Below are positions 19,058 to 29,286 of a stretch of DNA of 64,000 bases, piece by piece. Below the pieces are notes generated by a model, which was not told the DNA's origin, searched no databases, and saw only the letters and a list, made by a program, of their open reading frames with translations. Source of the stretch: a bacterium (lineage in GTDB: Bacteria; UBA8248). The position numbers and the translations under genes are program-made. Positions within the stretch are counted from its first letter, which is position 1, and every line of letters begins with the position of its first letter. Location of the stretch: the NCBI GenBank assembly GCA_965202625.1, contig CBDBBI010000010.1:512001-576000 (forward strand). The letters run 5' to 3'.

Positions 19058-20320
19058 TTATAAAAATCTTTTGACGTAGGTTACTACTTCTTCGCGCTTA
19101 ACTTCATTTTGTCGGCTTTCGACCATGTGGCGAACGCTCACCACCCCCTTGGCCGCCTCATCCTCGCCAAGGAGAAGCACGAAACGCGCCCCGAGGCGAT
19201 CTGCACGCTTCATCTGGCTTTTCACGCTCCCTCCCCCGAAGGAGCGCTCCGTCTGAATCCCGCGCGCTCGGAGCTCCGAGGCGAGCGCGAACGCCTCCGC
19301 TCGCGCGGCGTCGCCGAGGGCGGCGACGTAGACATCGATTCTTTCCGTCGGGGCCGACGCTCTTTCGCCCGCCAACTGCAAGAGACGTTCCATTCCGACG
19401 GCGAAGCCAAGCGCCGGCGTGGGGGGACCGCCCAACGCCTCCACGAGGCCGTCGTAGCGTCCCCCACCGCACACCGCATTTTGCGCCCCGAGTCGCTCGC
19501 TCGTCACCTCGAAGACGGTGAGGCGATAGTAATCCAGGCCGCGAACGAGTCTGGGGTCCAACTGGTAGCGGACGCCCGCGCCCTTCAGAAGTGCGCATAC
19601 GCCCACAAGGTGTGAACGGCACGCGTCGTTCAAGAATTCATCGATTCTCGGCGCACGCGCAATAATTTCCTCATGCGCCGGATCCTTGCTGTCCAGAAAG
19701 CGCAAGGGATTGCGCTCGATTCGCCCGGCAATTTCCGGGCCGAGGTTTTTGGCCTCCTCCCACAGATAATCCTTTAGGGCGGCCGAATAGGCCGGGCGGC
19801 ACTCCTCGTCGCCCAGGTTGTTGATGCGAAGCGCGAGGCCCCCAAGGCCCATGGCACCCAGGAACTCCATCAACATGACGATGACTTCCGCGTCAATCGC
19901 CGGATCCTCTGTCCCGAAGACCTCCGCGTCGATTTGGTGAAATTGCCGCAGGCGCCCAGCCTGGGGGCGCTCGTAGCGAAACATCGGGCCGATGCAGAAC
20001 AGCTTGGAGACGCTCGAGCGGTGGTAGAGGCCGTTTTGGACGTAGGCGCGGCAGATCGAGGCGGTGGCCTCGGGGCGCAGGGTGATGGAGTCGCCGCCCT
20101 TGTCCGTGAAGGTGTACATCTCCTTGGAGACGATGTCCGTTTCCTCGCCGATGCCGCGCGAGAAGAGCTCCGTGCGCTCGAACACGGGCACCCGGATCTC
20201 TCCGTAACAGTAGCGCGTGAAAACCTCGCGCGCCAGGTCCTCGGCCCGTCGCCAGTTCAGAGTCTCCTCCGGCAGCACGTCCCGAACGCCGCGCACCGCC
20301 GGGAGCCTGGACCGCGCCAT
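19058..20320 (-). CDS. hisS: Histidine--tRNA ligase
   Basis: LRPEATA, FRYERPQAGRLRQFHQ, LVRGLDYY and GGRYDGL. Confidence 0.97.
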   Translation of the reverse strand: MARSRLPAVRGVRDVLPEETLNWRRAEDLAREVFTRYCYGEIRVPVFERTELFSRGIGEETDIVSKEMYTFTDKGGDSITLRPEATASICRAYVQNGLYHRSSVSKLFCIGPMFRYERPQAGRLRQFHQIDAEVFGTEDPAIDAEVIVMLMEFLGAMGLGGLALRINNLGDEECRPAYSAALKDYLWEEAKNLGPEIAGRIERNPLRFLDSKDPAHEEIIARAPRIDEFLNDACRSHLVGVCALLKGAGVRYQLDPRLVRGLDYYRLTVFEVTSERLGAQNAVCGGGRYDGLVEALGGPPTPALGFAVGMERLLQLAGERASAPTERIDVYVAALGDAARAEAFALASELRARGIQTERSFGGGSVKSQMKRADRLGARFVLLLGEDEAAKGVVSVRHMVESRQNEVKREEVVTYVKRFL

Positions 20321-20394
20321 CCCTATCCTCCAAAAGCAGCTTCGAGCAAACGGGGCAGGGCGACGCATGAGGGTGCTCTTACACGCCTCGCTCA

Positions 20395-20859
20395 CGCCTG
20401 CGGTCATTTCCGTCGGTTCGGTCGGGGCTCACCTTCAGAACGAACGCGCCATCGCGCGCGGTCATTGCCGGTATGGAGGCGGCTGGCTGCACGATGGCGG
20501 ACATACCCGCCACGATCAGATAATCCTAATCATCCACCGCAATCATCGCCCTGCGCAACCACCCAGGGCCGAAGGCTTCTCTGAACCATATCACGTGGGG
20601 GCGCAGAAGGTCGCCGCACTCCCCGCACAGGGATGGCAGGTTGTCGGGGAACTTTCCGGTTCTCCCATGCAGGGGCCGCGCGCGCCGGTGAGGCGGTGGA
20701 GATCGCCAATATTTTGCGTGATGAGGGCGTAGCGAGAGACATCGCACTGCGCCCGCGGTCAAGGGCCGCCGCTCCTTGAAAGGTGAGCACGCCGCTCTCC
20801 GCGCTTACGCCCGCACCGGTGAGGACGACTACAAATTTCGCCCGTCTCAGCTCGTCCAT
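20395..20859 (-). pseudogene. cobB: NAD-dependent deacylase (sirtuin) pseudogene
   Basis: Fragments LTGAGVSAESG, ITQNIGDLH, LHG, CGECGDLLRPHVIWF and AIVQPAAS across frames, with deletions and an internal stop. Confidence 0.85.
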
Positions 20860-21159
20860 CGCTCGTTGCGTAAATTTTTTTTATTCCTCCGTCACGTGGC
20901 GCGCCAGTAACGGAGTCTGAGAGCGGCACCATAGGACGCTAAAGGCGTGCGCCTCCTCGTTTGCGAGAGTAGGCGAAGTACGCGGAAAAAGTCGAAAATT
21001 CGTCCGCTTTGCCATCGGCGAATGGGTGCCGTCGCCACTGGAAAGGTAAGGCATTCCCTCATCGCGCGCAAATATGAAGCGAGTAAGTTGACACGCGTGC
21101 GGAGGCCGCCTAGGTTTGGCGGTGTTTTGGAACTCAAACGAAATTCGGGAGTTTTCTGG

Positions 21160-22860
21160 GTGGCGCGAAACGGCTCGCAAGTTCTACTGGACGCACTTCA
21201 GGCGAACGGGACGAAATACGTTTTCGGCATTCCGGGCACGCTGACGCTGCCGTTCTACGACGCGATGCGCGACGGCGCGGGCGCGATACCAATCGTCACG
21301 CGCCACGAAGGGAGCGCGGGTTTCGCGGCGGATGGCTACAACAAGGTTTCCGGCAAAACGGGCGTGACGTTCACCGTGCCGGGTCCTGGTGGCACGAACA
21401 TCGCCACGGCACTACGCTCTGCTTACGAGGACAGCGTCCCTCTCGTTGCGGTGACGGCCACGCTCGCAGACGACATGCGCGACAGAAGCGCCATTCACGA
21501 TGTGGACATGGAGAAGGCCCTCGCCGGCTGCGTGAAGAAGGCATTCACACCCGATTGCGTCGCGGGCGTCGCCCCCGCCGTTCAGGCCGCCTTTCGCTGG
21601 GCGACGGCGGGAAGACCCGGCCCGACCCAGGTGGTGATGAAAGCGAACCTGTTTCAGGCGAAGGAGGAGAGGAAAGTCATGGTGCCTGCGTTCGATGCGC
21701 CGGCACCGGTGCCCCCCATCGATGAGCGCGCACTGGACGTGATCGCCGAGTCGCTTCTCGCCGCTAAGCGAACCGTGGTTTACGCGGGCAACGGCGTTGT
21801 GAGCGCCGGCTGCGAGAGAGAAACGCAGCTTCTCGCCGCTAAGTTGGGCGCACCCGTCGTCACTTCTGTGAAAGGCCGGGGAATTCTCTCCGAGGCAGAC
21901 CCACTCTCCTTTGGCTTGGTCCATTTCTTAGGGTGCGAGGAGACGCTTAGGGAGGCGGACTTATGTCTCGCGCTAGGGACGGGTTTTGGGCAGTTCTCCA
22001 CTTTTTACTTCAAGGTGGGAATGCCCAAGAATATCGCGCAGATCGACATCGACCCCGAGCGGGTCGGGCGAAATTATCCCGCCTCTACAAGGCTGGTAAG
22101 CGACTTGAAGCCTGCACTTCAGGGGCTGCTCAAGAGAATCGCGGAGGTCGATGACGTCCCCCTCTCGGAGGGACATGTGCGCGTGCGCGCGGGGAGGCGG
22201 CAGTATGAGGAGAGGCTGCGCTCGTTTTTGACGAAGCCGGCCGCGCCGCCGTTCCACGGGCTTTTCGTGATGAATACGCTGCGCGAGAATACCTCGCCCG
22301 ATACGATTTTCGTCTCTGACTCCTCCGCCACCCAGAGCTGGCTGATGGAACAGGCCTTCGTGGTGCACAGACCCAGAAGCGTCCTGCTCTCAGAGGCGTA
22401 TCAGTCGATGGGCTACGCCCTAGGCGCCGCGATAGGGGCCAAACTCGGCGCGCCCGAGCGTCCGGTCTGCGCTGTCGTGGGAGACGGGAGCTTCACCATG
22501 GCCTGCGGGGAGCTGGCGACAGCGACGGCCCTTGACCTCTCTCTCACCTACCTCGTTTTCAATGATGGGGAATACAACGCGCTCAGGCACTCTCAAAAGC
22601 ATGTGTTCGGCGGGCGCTACATTGCCACCTCGTTGAACAATCCGGATTTCCCCGCCCTTGCACGAGCGTTCGGCGCGCACGGCCATCGTGTAGGTTCGGA
22701 GGAAGAGTTGCGACGCGCCATTCGAGATTCCCAGGCGCAGGGCGGCGTTCATGTCATTGATTGTCCCATCGATCGTGAGGCGCTCTCCTCAAGATGGGAG
22801 CGGACGGTGAAGTCCTTCCGCCGAGGCGCCGCCACCGCGCCGCCGGATGCTGGCGCCTGA
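21160..22860 (+). CDS. Thiamine pyrophosphate-binding enzyme (acetolactate synthase-like)
   Basis: VFGIPG, RHEGSAGFAADG, GPGGTN and GDGSF...NDGEY ThDP motif; GTG start 21160. Confidence 0.9.
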   Translation: MARNGSQVLLDALQANGTKYVFGIPGTLTLPFYDAMRDGAGAIPIVTRHEGSAGFAADGYNKVSGKTGVTFTVPGPGGTNIATALRSAYEDSVPLVAVTATLADDMRDRSAIHDVDMEKALAGCVKKAFTPDCVAGVAPAVQAAFRWATAGRPGPTQVVMKANLFQAKEERKVMVPAFDAPAPVPPIDERALDVIAESLLAAKRTVVYAGNGVVSAGCERETQLLAAKLGAPVVTSVKGRGILSEADPLSFGLVHFLGCEETLREADLCLALGTGFGQFSTFYFKVGMPKNIAQIDIDPERVGRNYPASTRLVSDLKPALQGLLKRIAEVDDVPLSEGHVRVRAGRRQYEERLRSFLTKPAAPPFHGLFVMNTLRENTSPDTIFVSDSSATQSWLMEQAFVVHRPRSVLLSEAYQSMGYALGAAIGAKLGAPERPVCAVVGDGSFTMACGELATATALDLSLTYLVFNDGEYNALRHSQKHVFGGRYIATSLNNPDFPALARAFGAHGHRVGSEEELRRAIRDSQAQGGVHVIDCPIDREALSSRWERTVKSFRRGAATAPPDAGA

Positions 22861-22872
22861 GCAGGGACTTTT

Positions 22873-25416
22873 TCACGGCGCGCGCGGGTTTCCGCGCGCC
22901 AAAGGGGGGTTGAAGCGTCGTTTTCTCTCCGCAGGGCGTGAAGGGCGTTGCGCGAAGCGAGAATGGAACGCGCTCCAGTGCGCCTCGCCGCTCTCGGGCC
23001 AGGCGCGCGCGACGCGGAATCGCTCGACCTTGAGAGGCACCGCTCCCGGCTCTGCCTTTACGCGCAGCATTCCGCCGCGCCAGGGGCGATATATCCCCAG
23101 CTTCTTTTGCCTCTTTCTGATTCTTCGCCAAAGGTCGGATTCGATCCGCCTCACGCTTTGGGGTGCGGCCAGAATGATTTCGGGCGTTCGCGCTTCGAGC
23201 CAATTAAGAACCGCAGGTTCTCTGAGGAAATTCTCCGGCAAACGCACGAGGTCATAGCGTTTCTCGGAAAACCATCGCACGTCAAAGACAGGATATCTCG
23301 AGGGCAACATGAGTAGCCAGCGGAAATACCGGTTTTTCACCTCAAATCCCATCGCCCCCTTTCTCCAAAAACGTAGGGAAACCCGAGTCTCCCCTCCAGC
23401 CATACGCCAGATGGTGAGGGGAGCATTCCGCCGGGCGGCGCGCCGGCGATATGCGTCTGAGGTGAATAGGTCCTCAATGCGACGTTGGCTCTGAATCCGG
23501 ACGCCGGCGGCGAAATCGCTTGAGGCTAAGCGCCTTCTCCGGTGTCGGGAGTGGTAGAGCATTGTGTGCCAGGTCAATTCGTTCTCTCTGCGCATCAGGG
23601 GGGCGAGCACATTTCGCCAAACGTTGAAGCCTCCTACGCTCCGACGGCCGGAGCCATCGACCGCAAACCCCTTCCCATCCGGAAGACGGAGGAAAAAAGC
23701 GTCCACGCCCCCGGCGTCGGGCAAAAGCAGCGTCGTGTGCCCGGGGCGCGAAGATTGTGTGTCAACTTGCGGGAGTAACAGCAGAAACGTCAGACCGCAC
23801 ACGCCCACCCAGGCGCCCTTGCGCGACCGCGCACGCGTTGAGCATAGCGCGACACTCAACAGGAAAAATATCAAGATGATGAGCCAGGTGGAGGGTTTCG
23901 GCACGCTGAGGCTGCCCCATGGAACTTTAGCGGAGTAGGTTGATACGAGAATCATGAACTCTGCGAGCGCGGTGCTGATCCAAGCGGCAGGCATCAGGAG
24001 TGTGCCCACGCTCGAGGGGCTGATGGCGGCCGCGGCGGTGGCCACGAAAGAGAGGGGTACGAGCAGAGAGGCGACGGGGATAAGCAGAAAATTCACGAGC
24101 AGACCGATGGGGTGTGCCTCCTGAAAATGCAGCGCGGTCAACGGCGTTATGGCTGCTGTGACGACCACCTGGATGGTGGCGAGTTGACGCGCCCGCGTCC
24201 CCCAGTGTCTCCCATCCCAGACGCTCCGCCTCGCCTCGCCTCGCGGAAGCCTGTCCGCCGCGAGAATAATCGCGCTCGTCGCCACGAAGGAGAGTTGAAA
24301 CCCCACGTCCCAGATGAAGCCGGGTTCGATCAGCAGGATGAGGAGGGCGGCGAGGGTGATGGAATGAAGCGCAGCTGCCGGGCGCTCCAGAAGCCGAGTG
24401 AGAAGATAGGCAACGATCATGATGGCGGCGCGCGTGGTGGAGATGCGCGCCCCGCTCAGCAGGGCGAAGAGAATCACCAGGGGGATGGCGCCGAGCACCG
24501 CGACCTTCGTCGGCGTGAGGACGAACGGGCGGAGCGGAAAAAGCGGAGGCGGAAGCCAACAGAGAACACCCCGAAGGGAGAAGAAGAAAAAAGCGGCGAT
24601 AAAGCCCACATGCAAGCCGCTGATGGCGAGCAGATGGGCCGCGCCCGACTTTCGAAAGGCGGTTTTGAGTTCCGGGTCAATCTCCTCGCGCAGACCGATG
24701 GTAATCGTCTCGATCAGGCCGGCGACGCGAATAGAATACGTGGAGCGAATATGCGCACTCATGTTGTCTCGAAACTGAAACAGGCGCCGTCGCCAGTTCC
24801 ATTTTTCCTTTGTCTCAAGAACATGAACGTTGCGCACCGAGGCATAGCCGACGGCGTGGACGCCTCTGAGACGCAGGAACTCCCGGTAGTCAAATCCGCC
24901 TGGGTTCTTGAAGTTGGGGGGGCGCCTCAAGTGCACGCGCCGGACGAGAAGCCGATCGCCCACCTGAGGTATTTTGCTGAGAGGCGAGGCGAGCGTGAGC
25001 CGCGCGATGCCGGTCATGGGAATTTCCACACCCCGAATGACGGCCCGCTCCGCGCTGAGGTATATACGCGGCCTGCGCGACGCGCCTTTGTTTCGCTCCA
25101 CGGGTTGGGAGAGACGGCCGGTGAGGTGCAAGCGCCCGTAAGGGATGTGGCGGAGCAGATGATGCGCCGGCACCCCTTGGCGATGCAGCGTCGGAACGAC
25201 AAAGGAGGCAACCAGACCGATGAGGACGAGGAGCGCCGCGACCGCGCCTCGGGCTTTCCCTTGAATCCGACGGTTCATGGAGATGAGGACGAAGAAGGAC
25301 AACGCGAGGGAGGCAGTGATGACGTAGGCCGTTTCCCCTTCCTTGAAGTCGAGGGGAAAGCCGCCCGTCAGCAAGCCCACTATATAGCCAATCGCCAGCA
25401 AGTGCAGGGGATGCAC
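22873..25416 (-). CDS. comEC: ComEC/Rec2 competence protein
   Basis: NPGGFDY, AHLLAISGLHVG, RAAIM and GFQLSF; degenerate C-terminal MBL domain. Confidence 0.92.
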   Translation of the reverse strand: MHPLHLLAIGYIVGLLTGGFPLDFKEGETAYVITASLALSFFVLISMNRRIQGKARGAVAALLVLIGLVASFVVPTLHRQGVPAHHLLRHIPYGRLHLTGRLSQPVERNKGASRRPRIYLSAERAVIRGVEIPMTGIARLTLASPLSKIPQVGDRLLVRRVHLRRPPNFKNPGGFDYREFLRLRGVHAVGYASVRNVHVLETKEKWNWRRRLFQFRDNMSAHIRSTYSIRVAGLIETITIGLREEIDPELKTAFRKSGAAHLLAISGLHVGFIAAFFFFSLRGVLCWLPPPLFPLRPFVLTPTKVAVLGAIPLVILFALLSGARISTTRAAIMIVAYLLTRLLERPAAALHSITLAALLILLIEPGFIWDVGFQLSFVATSAIILAADRLPRGEARRSVWDGRHWGTRARQLATIQVVVTAAITPLTALHFQEAHPIGLLVNFLLIPVASLLVPLSFVATAAAAISPSSVGTLLMPAAWISTALAEFMILVSTYSAKVPWGSLSVPKPSTWLIILIFFLLSVALCSTRARSRKGAWVGVCGLTFLLLLPQVDTQSSRPGHTTLLLPDAGGVDAFFLRLPDGKGFAVDGSGRRSVGGFNVWRNVLAPLMRRENELTWHTMLYHSRHRRRRLASSDFAAGVRIQSQRRIEDLFTSDAYRRRAARRNAPLTIWRMAGGETRVSLRFWRKGAMGFEVKNRYFRWLLMLPSRYPVFDVRWFSEKRYDLVRLPENFLREPAVLNWLEARTPEIILAAPQSVRRIESDLWRRIRKRQKKLGIYRPWRGGMLRVKAEPGAVPLKVERFRVARAWPESGEAHWSAFHSRFAQRPSRPAERKRRFNPPLARGNPRAP

Positions 25417-25545
25417 GATCTCTCCATGTAAGGTGCTCCCTATGCTATATCAAGATGCGCCGGGCACGCATCCTCCTGGTTTTTTCGCCTGTTTTCGTGA
25501 TAGATTTTGAAACAGAAAAATTTTCTGATTTTCAAGAGGATGGGA

Positions 25546-26541
25546 ATGCGGAAGCGGGCTCTGGGGGAGACGGGTCTTTATGTGTCCGAAATTGGATTCG
25601 GGACAGGCGGAATCAGCCGCCTAATGGTGAGCGGCGACCACGAAGCGCAGTTTCGCGCGATTCGCGCCGCCTTAGACAGGGGAGTGAATTTCTTTGACAC
25701 GGCGATGGGCTATGGGAACGGGAAATCGGAAGTTAACCTCGGCGCGGCGTTAAGGCGATGGGGAGCGGACGTCACCCTCGCGACGAAAATTCGCCTCTCC
25801 GTCGAGGAGCGCGACACCCCCAGAGAGGCGGTGATCGCCTCGGTGGAAAGGAGCCTAGAACGATTGGGCCGAAAGAGCGTTGACCTGATTCAGATTCACA
25901 ACTACGTGGCACCCGACAGGGACTGGCCAGCGGGAGTGGTGCTCGCCCCCTCCGACATTTTTCGGGCGGGCGGAGTGCTCGACGGTTTTCGGGAGTTGCG
26001 CGAACGCGGGCTTTCGCGCTTCTTCGGATTCACCGGCATCGGGGAGCCCGTCGCCTTGGCCGAGTTGGTGGACAGCGGCGCATTTCACACGATACAGGCG
26101 TATTTTAACTTGCTCAACCCGAGCACGGCGTATCCGGTCCCGGAGGGTTTCAGTGCGCTTGATTATGGACTGCTACTCAGGCGCGCCGCGCAAAAGGGGA
26201 TGGGCGTGCTAGCGATTCGTACCCTCGCCCTGGGTGCGCTCACTGAGACGCCGAATCTGCTGGGTTTTCTGGATGAAAATCCGCCGGTTCTCTCACCAGG
26301 CTCTACATACGACGAAGACGCCGCGCGCGCCCAGCGGCTTGCGTTTCTCGTTCAGGAGGAACGCACCCTGGCCCAGACCGCCCTTCAATTCGTCCTGATG
26401 TGTGAGGAAGTCTCTTGTGCTCTGGTGGGCTTCTCGAACATCGGGCAGATCGACGAGGCGCTCTCTTGCATGGAAGCTCCGCCTATCTCCGAGGATGACG
26501 CACGAAGGCTCGAATGCGTCTGGGGAAATGATTTCGCCTAG
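25546..26541 (+). CDS. Aldo/keto reductase
   Basis: LGETGLYVSEIGFG, FFDTAMGYG, ATK and SLERLG...VDLIQIH. Confidence 0.92.
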   Translation: MRKRALGETGLYVSEIGFGTGGISRLMVSGDHEAQFRAIRAALDRGVNFFDTAMGYGNGKSEVNLGAALRRWGADVTLATKIRLSVEERDTPREAVIASVERSLERLGRKSVDLIQIHNYVAPDRDWPAGVVLAPSDIFRAGGVLDGFRELRERGLSRFFGFTGIGEPVALAELVDSGAFHTIQAYFNLLNPSTAYPVPEGFSALDYGLLLRRAAQKGMGVLAIRTLALGALTETPNLLGFLDENPPVLSPGSTYDEDAARAQRLAFLVQEERTLAQTALQFVLMCEEVSCALVGFSNIGQIDEALSCMEAPPISEDDARRLECVWGNDFA

Positions 26542-26639
26542 CCCAGGCACGAAGCATCGCAAGCCAATGTACGTTCCATATAGAAAGCGATTCTCCGCCC
26601 GGCCGACATGTGGACGCTGAGATTCTCCCCACTCCCGAT

Positions 26640-27290
26640 CATGCCATCTATGCCAATTACCCAATCGTCAATCCCGATTCTGAAGGCGGAGTGGCTGCTC
26701 ACGAACGCGGATGCGGGCCTCATCTATTTCGCGTTTTACGCTGACTACGTCATGGCCTCCGCTGTGCCCACAGGAGCGACGGATTACTTCAGCGCGAGAA
26801 CATCTATCTGTTCTTGGCCACCTAGCTGGTCCTCGAGAACTTTATGTTCGTCTTTCTCGCCGAGGGCTGTGGACCGTCGCTTTGCTTTAGTACCCAGACG
26901 AAAATCGTGTTGGGCTTCGCCTTTTCTTCACCTTCCGCATGTCGGCGTCGATGCTTCTAAAGAGCTGGATGCTCCCCGATTTCGGCTGCGTTTCACCTTT
27001 CCCGCTAGCTCGATCGGGCTCGCCGTCGGCGTGCTCATGGTGTCGATTTAAGTGTCTCCCCCCCCCCCTTTCGCTCGGGTGCTGGATACTCATGTGCGTG
27101 TTTTGGACTAATAGATTCAGACGGCTTCCGAGCATCAGCGGAAGTCTTGCTCTTAAGCGGGGCGATGATGTTTTCCATAGGTTTTCTGTTTCATTCACCG
27201 CTGGTTTTACTGGACGCGACTCTGGGCTGCTGCGCCGTTTTTGGCTTCTCTTCGGCGCGCTCTCTCATCCGTTGAGGGTAGAGTAGGCTA
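26640..27290 (+). pseudogene. MFS transporter remnant
   Basis: IPILKAEWLLTNADAGLIYFAFYADYV resembles an MFS TM1-2 region; followed by short hydrophobic fragments in other frames. Confidence 0.5.
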
Positions 27291-27491
27291 CGCTCCGGAC
27301 GTCGCTACCCCGGGCTCTGAGGGGCGGGCAATCTCTGCGAGGGAATGGAAGGCGGCACATAGGCGTTTAGCGTCGTTTGGTTTTCCTGTATCGTGGAAGG
27401 TGCGTGTAAGACGCTTGAATTATGGCCCCGAAACGGGTAAGCTCCCGCACATGCGGCATGGGAGCCACCAGACTTGGGCACGGATGGGGGG

Positions 27492-29285
27492 ATGCGGAAC
27501 TTGAGCGATCTGCTGGAAGAAGGAAGAACCCACCATTGCGGGTCGCTTCGGGCCGCAGACGTCGGCGCCGAGGTCGTCCTCATGGGTTGGGCGGGTTCGA
27601 GCCGCGATCATGGCGGGCTGATTTTCATTGACCTGCGGGATCGCTATGGCGTCACCCAGGTGGTGGCCGATCCCTACTACGACGAGGCAGCCCACGCCCT
27701 CGCCGATCGGGTGCGCGCCGAATGGGTGCTCGCCGTTCAGGGGGTGGTTGTTGAACGCCCCGAGGGGATGGCGAACCCGAACCTCGCCACCGGTGAAATC
27801 GAGGTTCGAGTGACGAGGCTGGAAATTCTCAGCGAGGCGCGAACCCCTCCTTTTGAGATAGAAGACAACTCCGAGGCCAGCGAGACCCTGCGTCTCCAAT
27901 ACCGCTACCTCGACCTGAGACGCCCCGCCTTGCGGGAGAATTTCATCAAGAGGCACCAGGCCACCCAGGTGATTCGCAATTTCCTTACGGAAAACCAATT
28001 CGTGGACGTCGAAACACCCTTCCTCACACGGAGCACTCCCGAGGGGGCGCGGGATTATCTGGTGCCGAGTCGACTCGCGCGCGGCCACTTCTTCGCTCTT
28101 CCCCAGAGCCCGCAAATGTTCAAGCAAATTCTCATGGTCGCAGGCTTCGATCGCTACTACCAGATTGTCAAATGCTTTCGAGACGAGGACTTACGCTCCG
28201 ATAGGCAGCCGGAGTTCACGCAAATCGACGTCGAATGCTCCTTTCTGAACCAGGACACTTTTTTCGGCCTCATGGAAGGACTAGTTGCCAGAGTGTGGAA
28301 GGAAGTGAGCGGGGTGAATATAGAGACACCCTTCGATCGTGTTCCCTACGCGGAAGCGATGGCGCGATACGGAACCGACCGGCCGGATAGACGTTTTGGG
28401 ATGGAACTGGCCGCGTGCACGGACGTGGCGCAGGCGAGCGAGTTCAAAGTGTTCAGAGCGGCGGTGGAAAAGGGAGGGGCGGCCCGAGCCATGGTGGGGC
28501 CGGGGATGGCGTCAGCCTCGAGAAAGGAGATAGACGATGTCGTCGCGCGGGCGCAAGAGCTGGGCGCGGGGGGCCTCGCCTGGGCGAAGCGAACCGAACG
28601 CGGATATGAATCGAACATCACCAAGTTTTTTCTGGACGGTCAGCTGGAGGAGATTGGCGCGAGAGCGAGCGTGGAGGTCGGCGATTTGTTAATGATGGTG
28701 GCCGACGCCCCGAAGGTGAGTGCGTCTGTCCTGGGCCAGCTGCGCGAGGAGATCGCCACGCGCTTGGGCCTCGTCTCTTCAGATGATGAGAAATTTGATT
28801 TTTGCTGGATCGTGAATTTCCCCCTGCTGGAGTATGACGCGGCGGAGGGGAGATTTCGCGCGCTTCACCATCCCTTCACGGCACCTGTCGCAGAGGACGA
28901 ACCGCTTTTTGATTCCGAGCCCGGCGCCATCCGCTCCCAAGCGTACGACATGGTGGTGAACGGACATGAAATCGGCGGCGGCAGCCAGCGCATTCACCAG
29001 CGCGAGATGCAGAAAAAAATGTTCGCCGCCCTGGACATGAAAGAGGAAGAGGCGCAACGGCGCTTTGGTTTCTTCATGGAGGCGCTGGAGTTTGGGACGC
29101 CGCCCCACGGAGGAATTGCGTTCGGCCTGGATCGCATCATGATGCTCTTGCGGGGCACCTCCTCAATTCGGGACGTCATCGCGTTTCCCAAAACCCAGAA
29201 AGCCGCCTGTCTGATGACGGGCGCGCCGGCCGAGGTTGAGCGCCTCCAGCTTCGAGAGCTGGGTATCGACGGGGTGTTTCGGTAA
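27492..29285 (+). CDS. aspS: Aspartate--tRNA(Asp/Asn) ligase
   Basis: RTHHCG, RDHGG, STPEGARDYLVP, CFRDEDLR and PPHGGIAFGLDR. Confidence 0.97.
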   Translation: MRNLSDLLEEGRTHHCGSLRAADVGAEVVLMGWAGSSRDHGGLIFIDLRDRYGVTQVVADPYYDEAAHALADRVRAEWVLAVQGVVVERPEGMANPNLATGEIEVRVTRLEILSEARTPPFEIEDNSEASETLRLQYRYLDLRRPALRENFIKRHQATQVIRNFLTENQFVDVETPFLTRSTPEGARDYLVPSRLARGHFFALPQSPQMFKQILMVAGFDRYYQIVKCFRDEDLRSDRQPEFTQIDVECSFLNQDTFFGLMEGLVARVWKEVSGVNIETPFDRVPYAEAMARYGTDRPDRRFGMELAACTDVAQASEFKVFRAAVEKGGAARAMVGPGMASASRKEIDDVVARAQELGAGGLAWAKRTERGYESNITKFFLDGQLEEIGARASVEVGDLLMMVADAPKVSASVLGQLREEIATRLGLVSSDDEKFDFCWIVNFPLLEYDAAEGRFRALHHPFTAPVAEDEPLFDSEPGAIRSQAYDMVVNGHEIGGGSQRIHQREMQKKMFAALDMKEEEAQRRFGFFMEALEFGTPPHGGIAFGLDRIMMLLRGTSSIRDVIAFPKTQKAACLMTGAPAEVERLQLRELGIDGVFR

Positions 29286-29286
29286 G

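Noticed and set aside
19030-19070. dif-like site (TTATGTTA on the minus strand; xerD is in the window)
   Set aside because: The ATAA and TTATGTTA arms are separated by 2 nt rather than 6, and the XerC arm does not match
24112-25431. 439-aa plus-strand ORF
   Set aside because: Antisense shadow of comEC in high-GC DNA with no recognisable motifs
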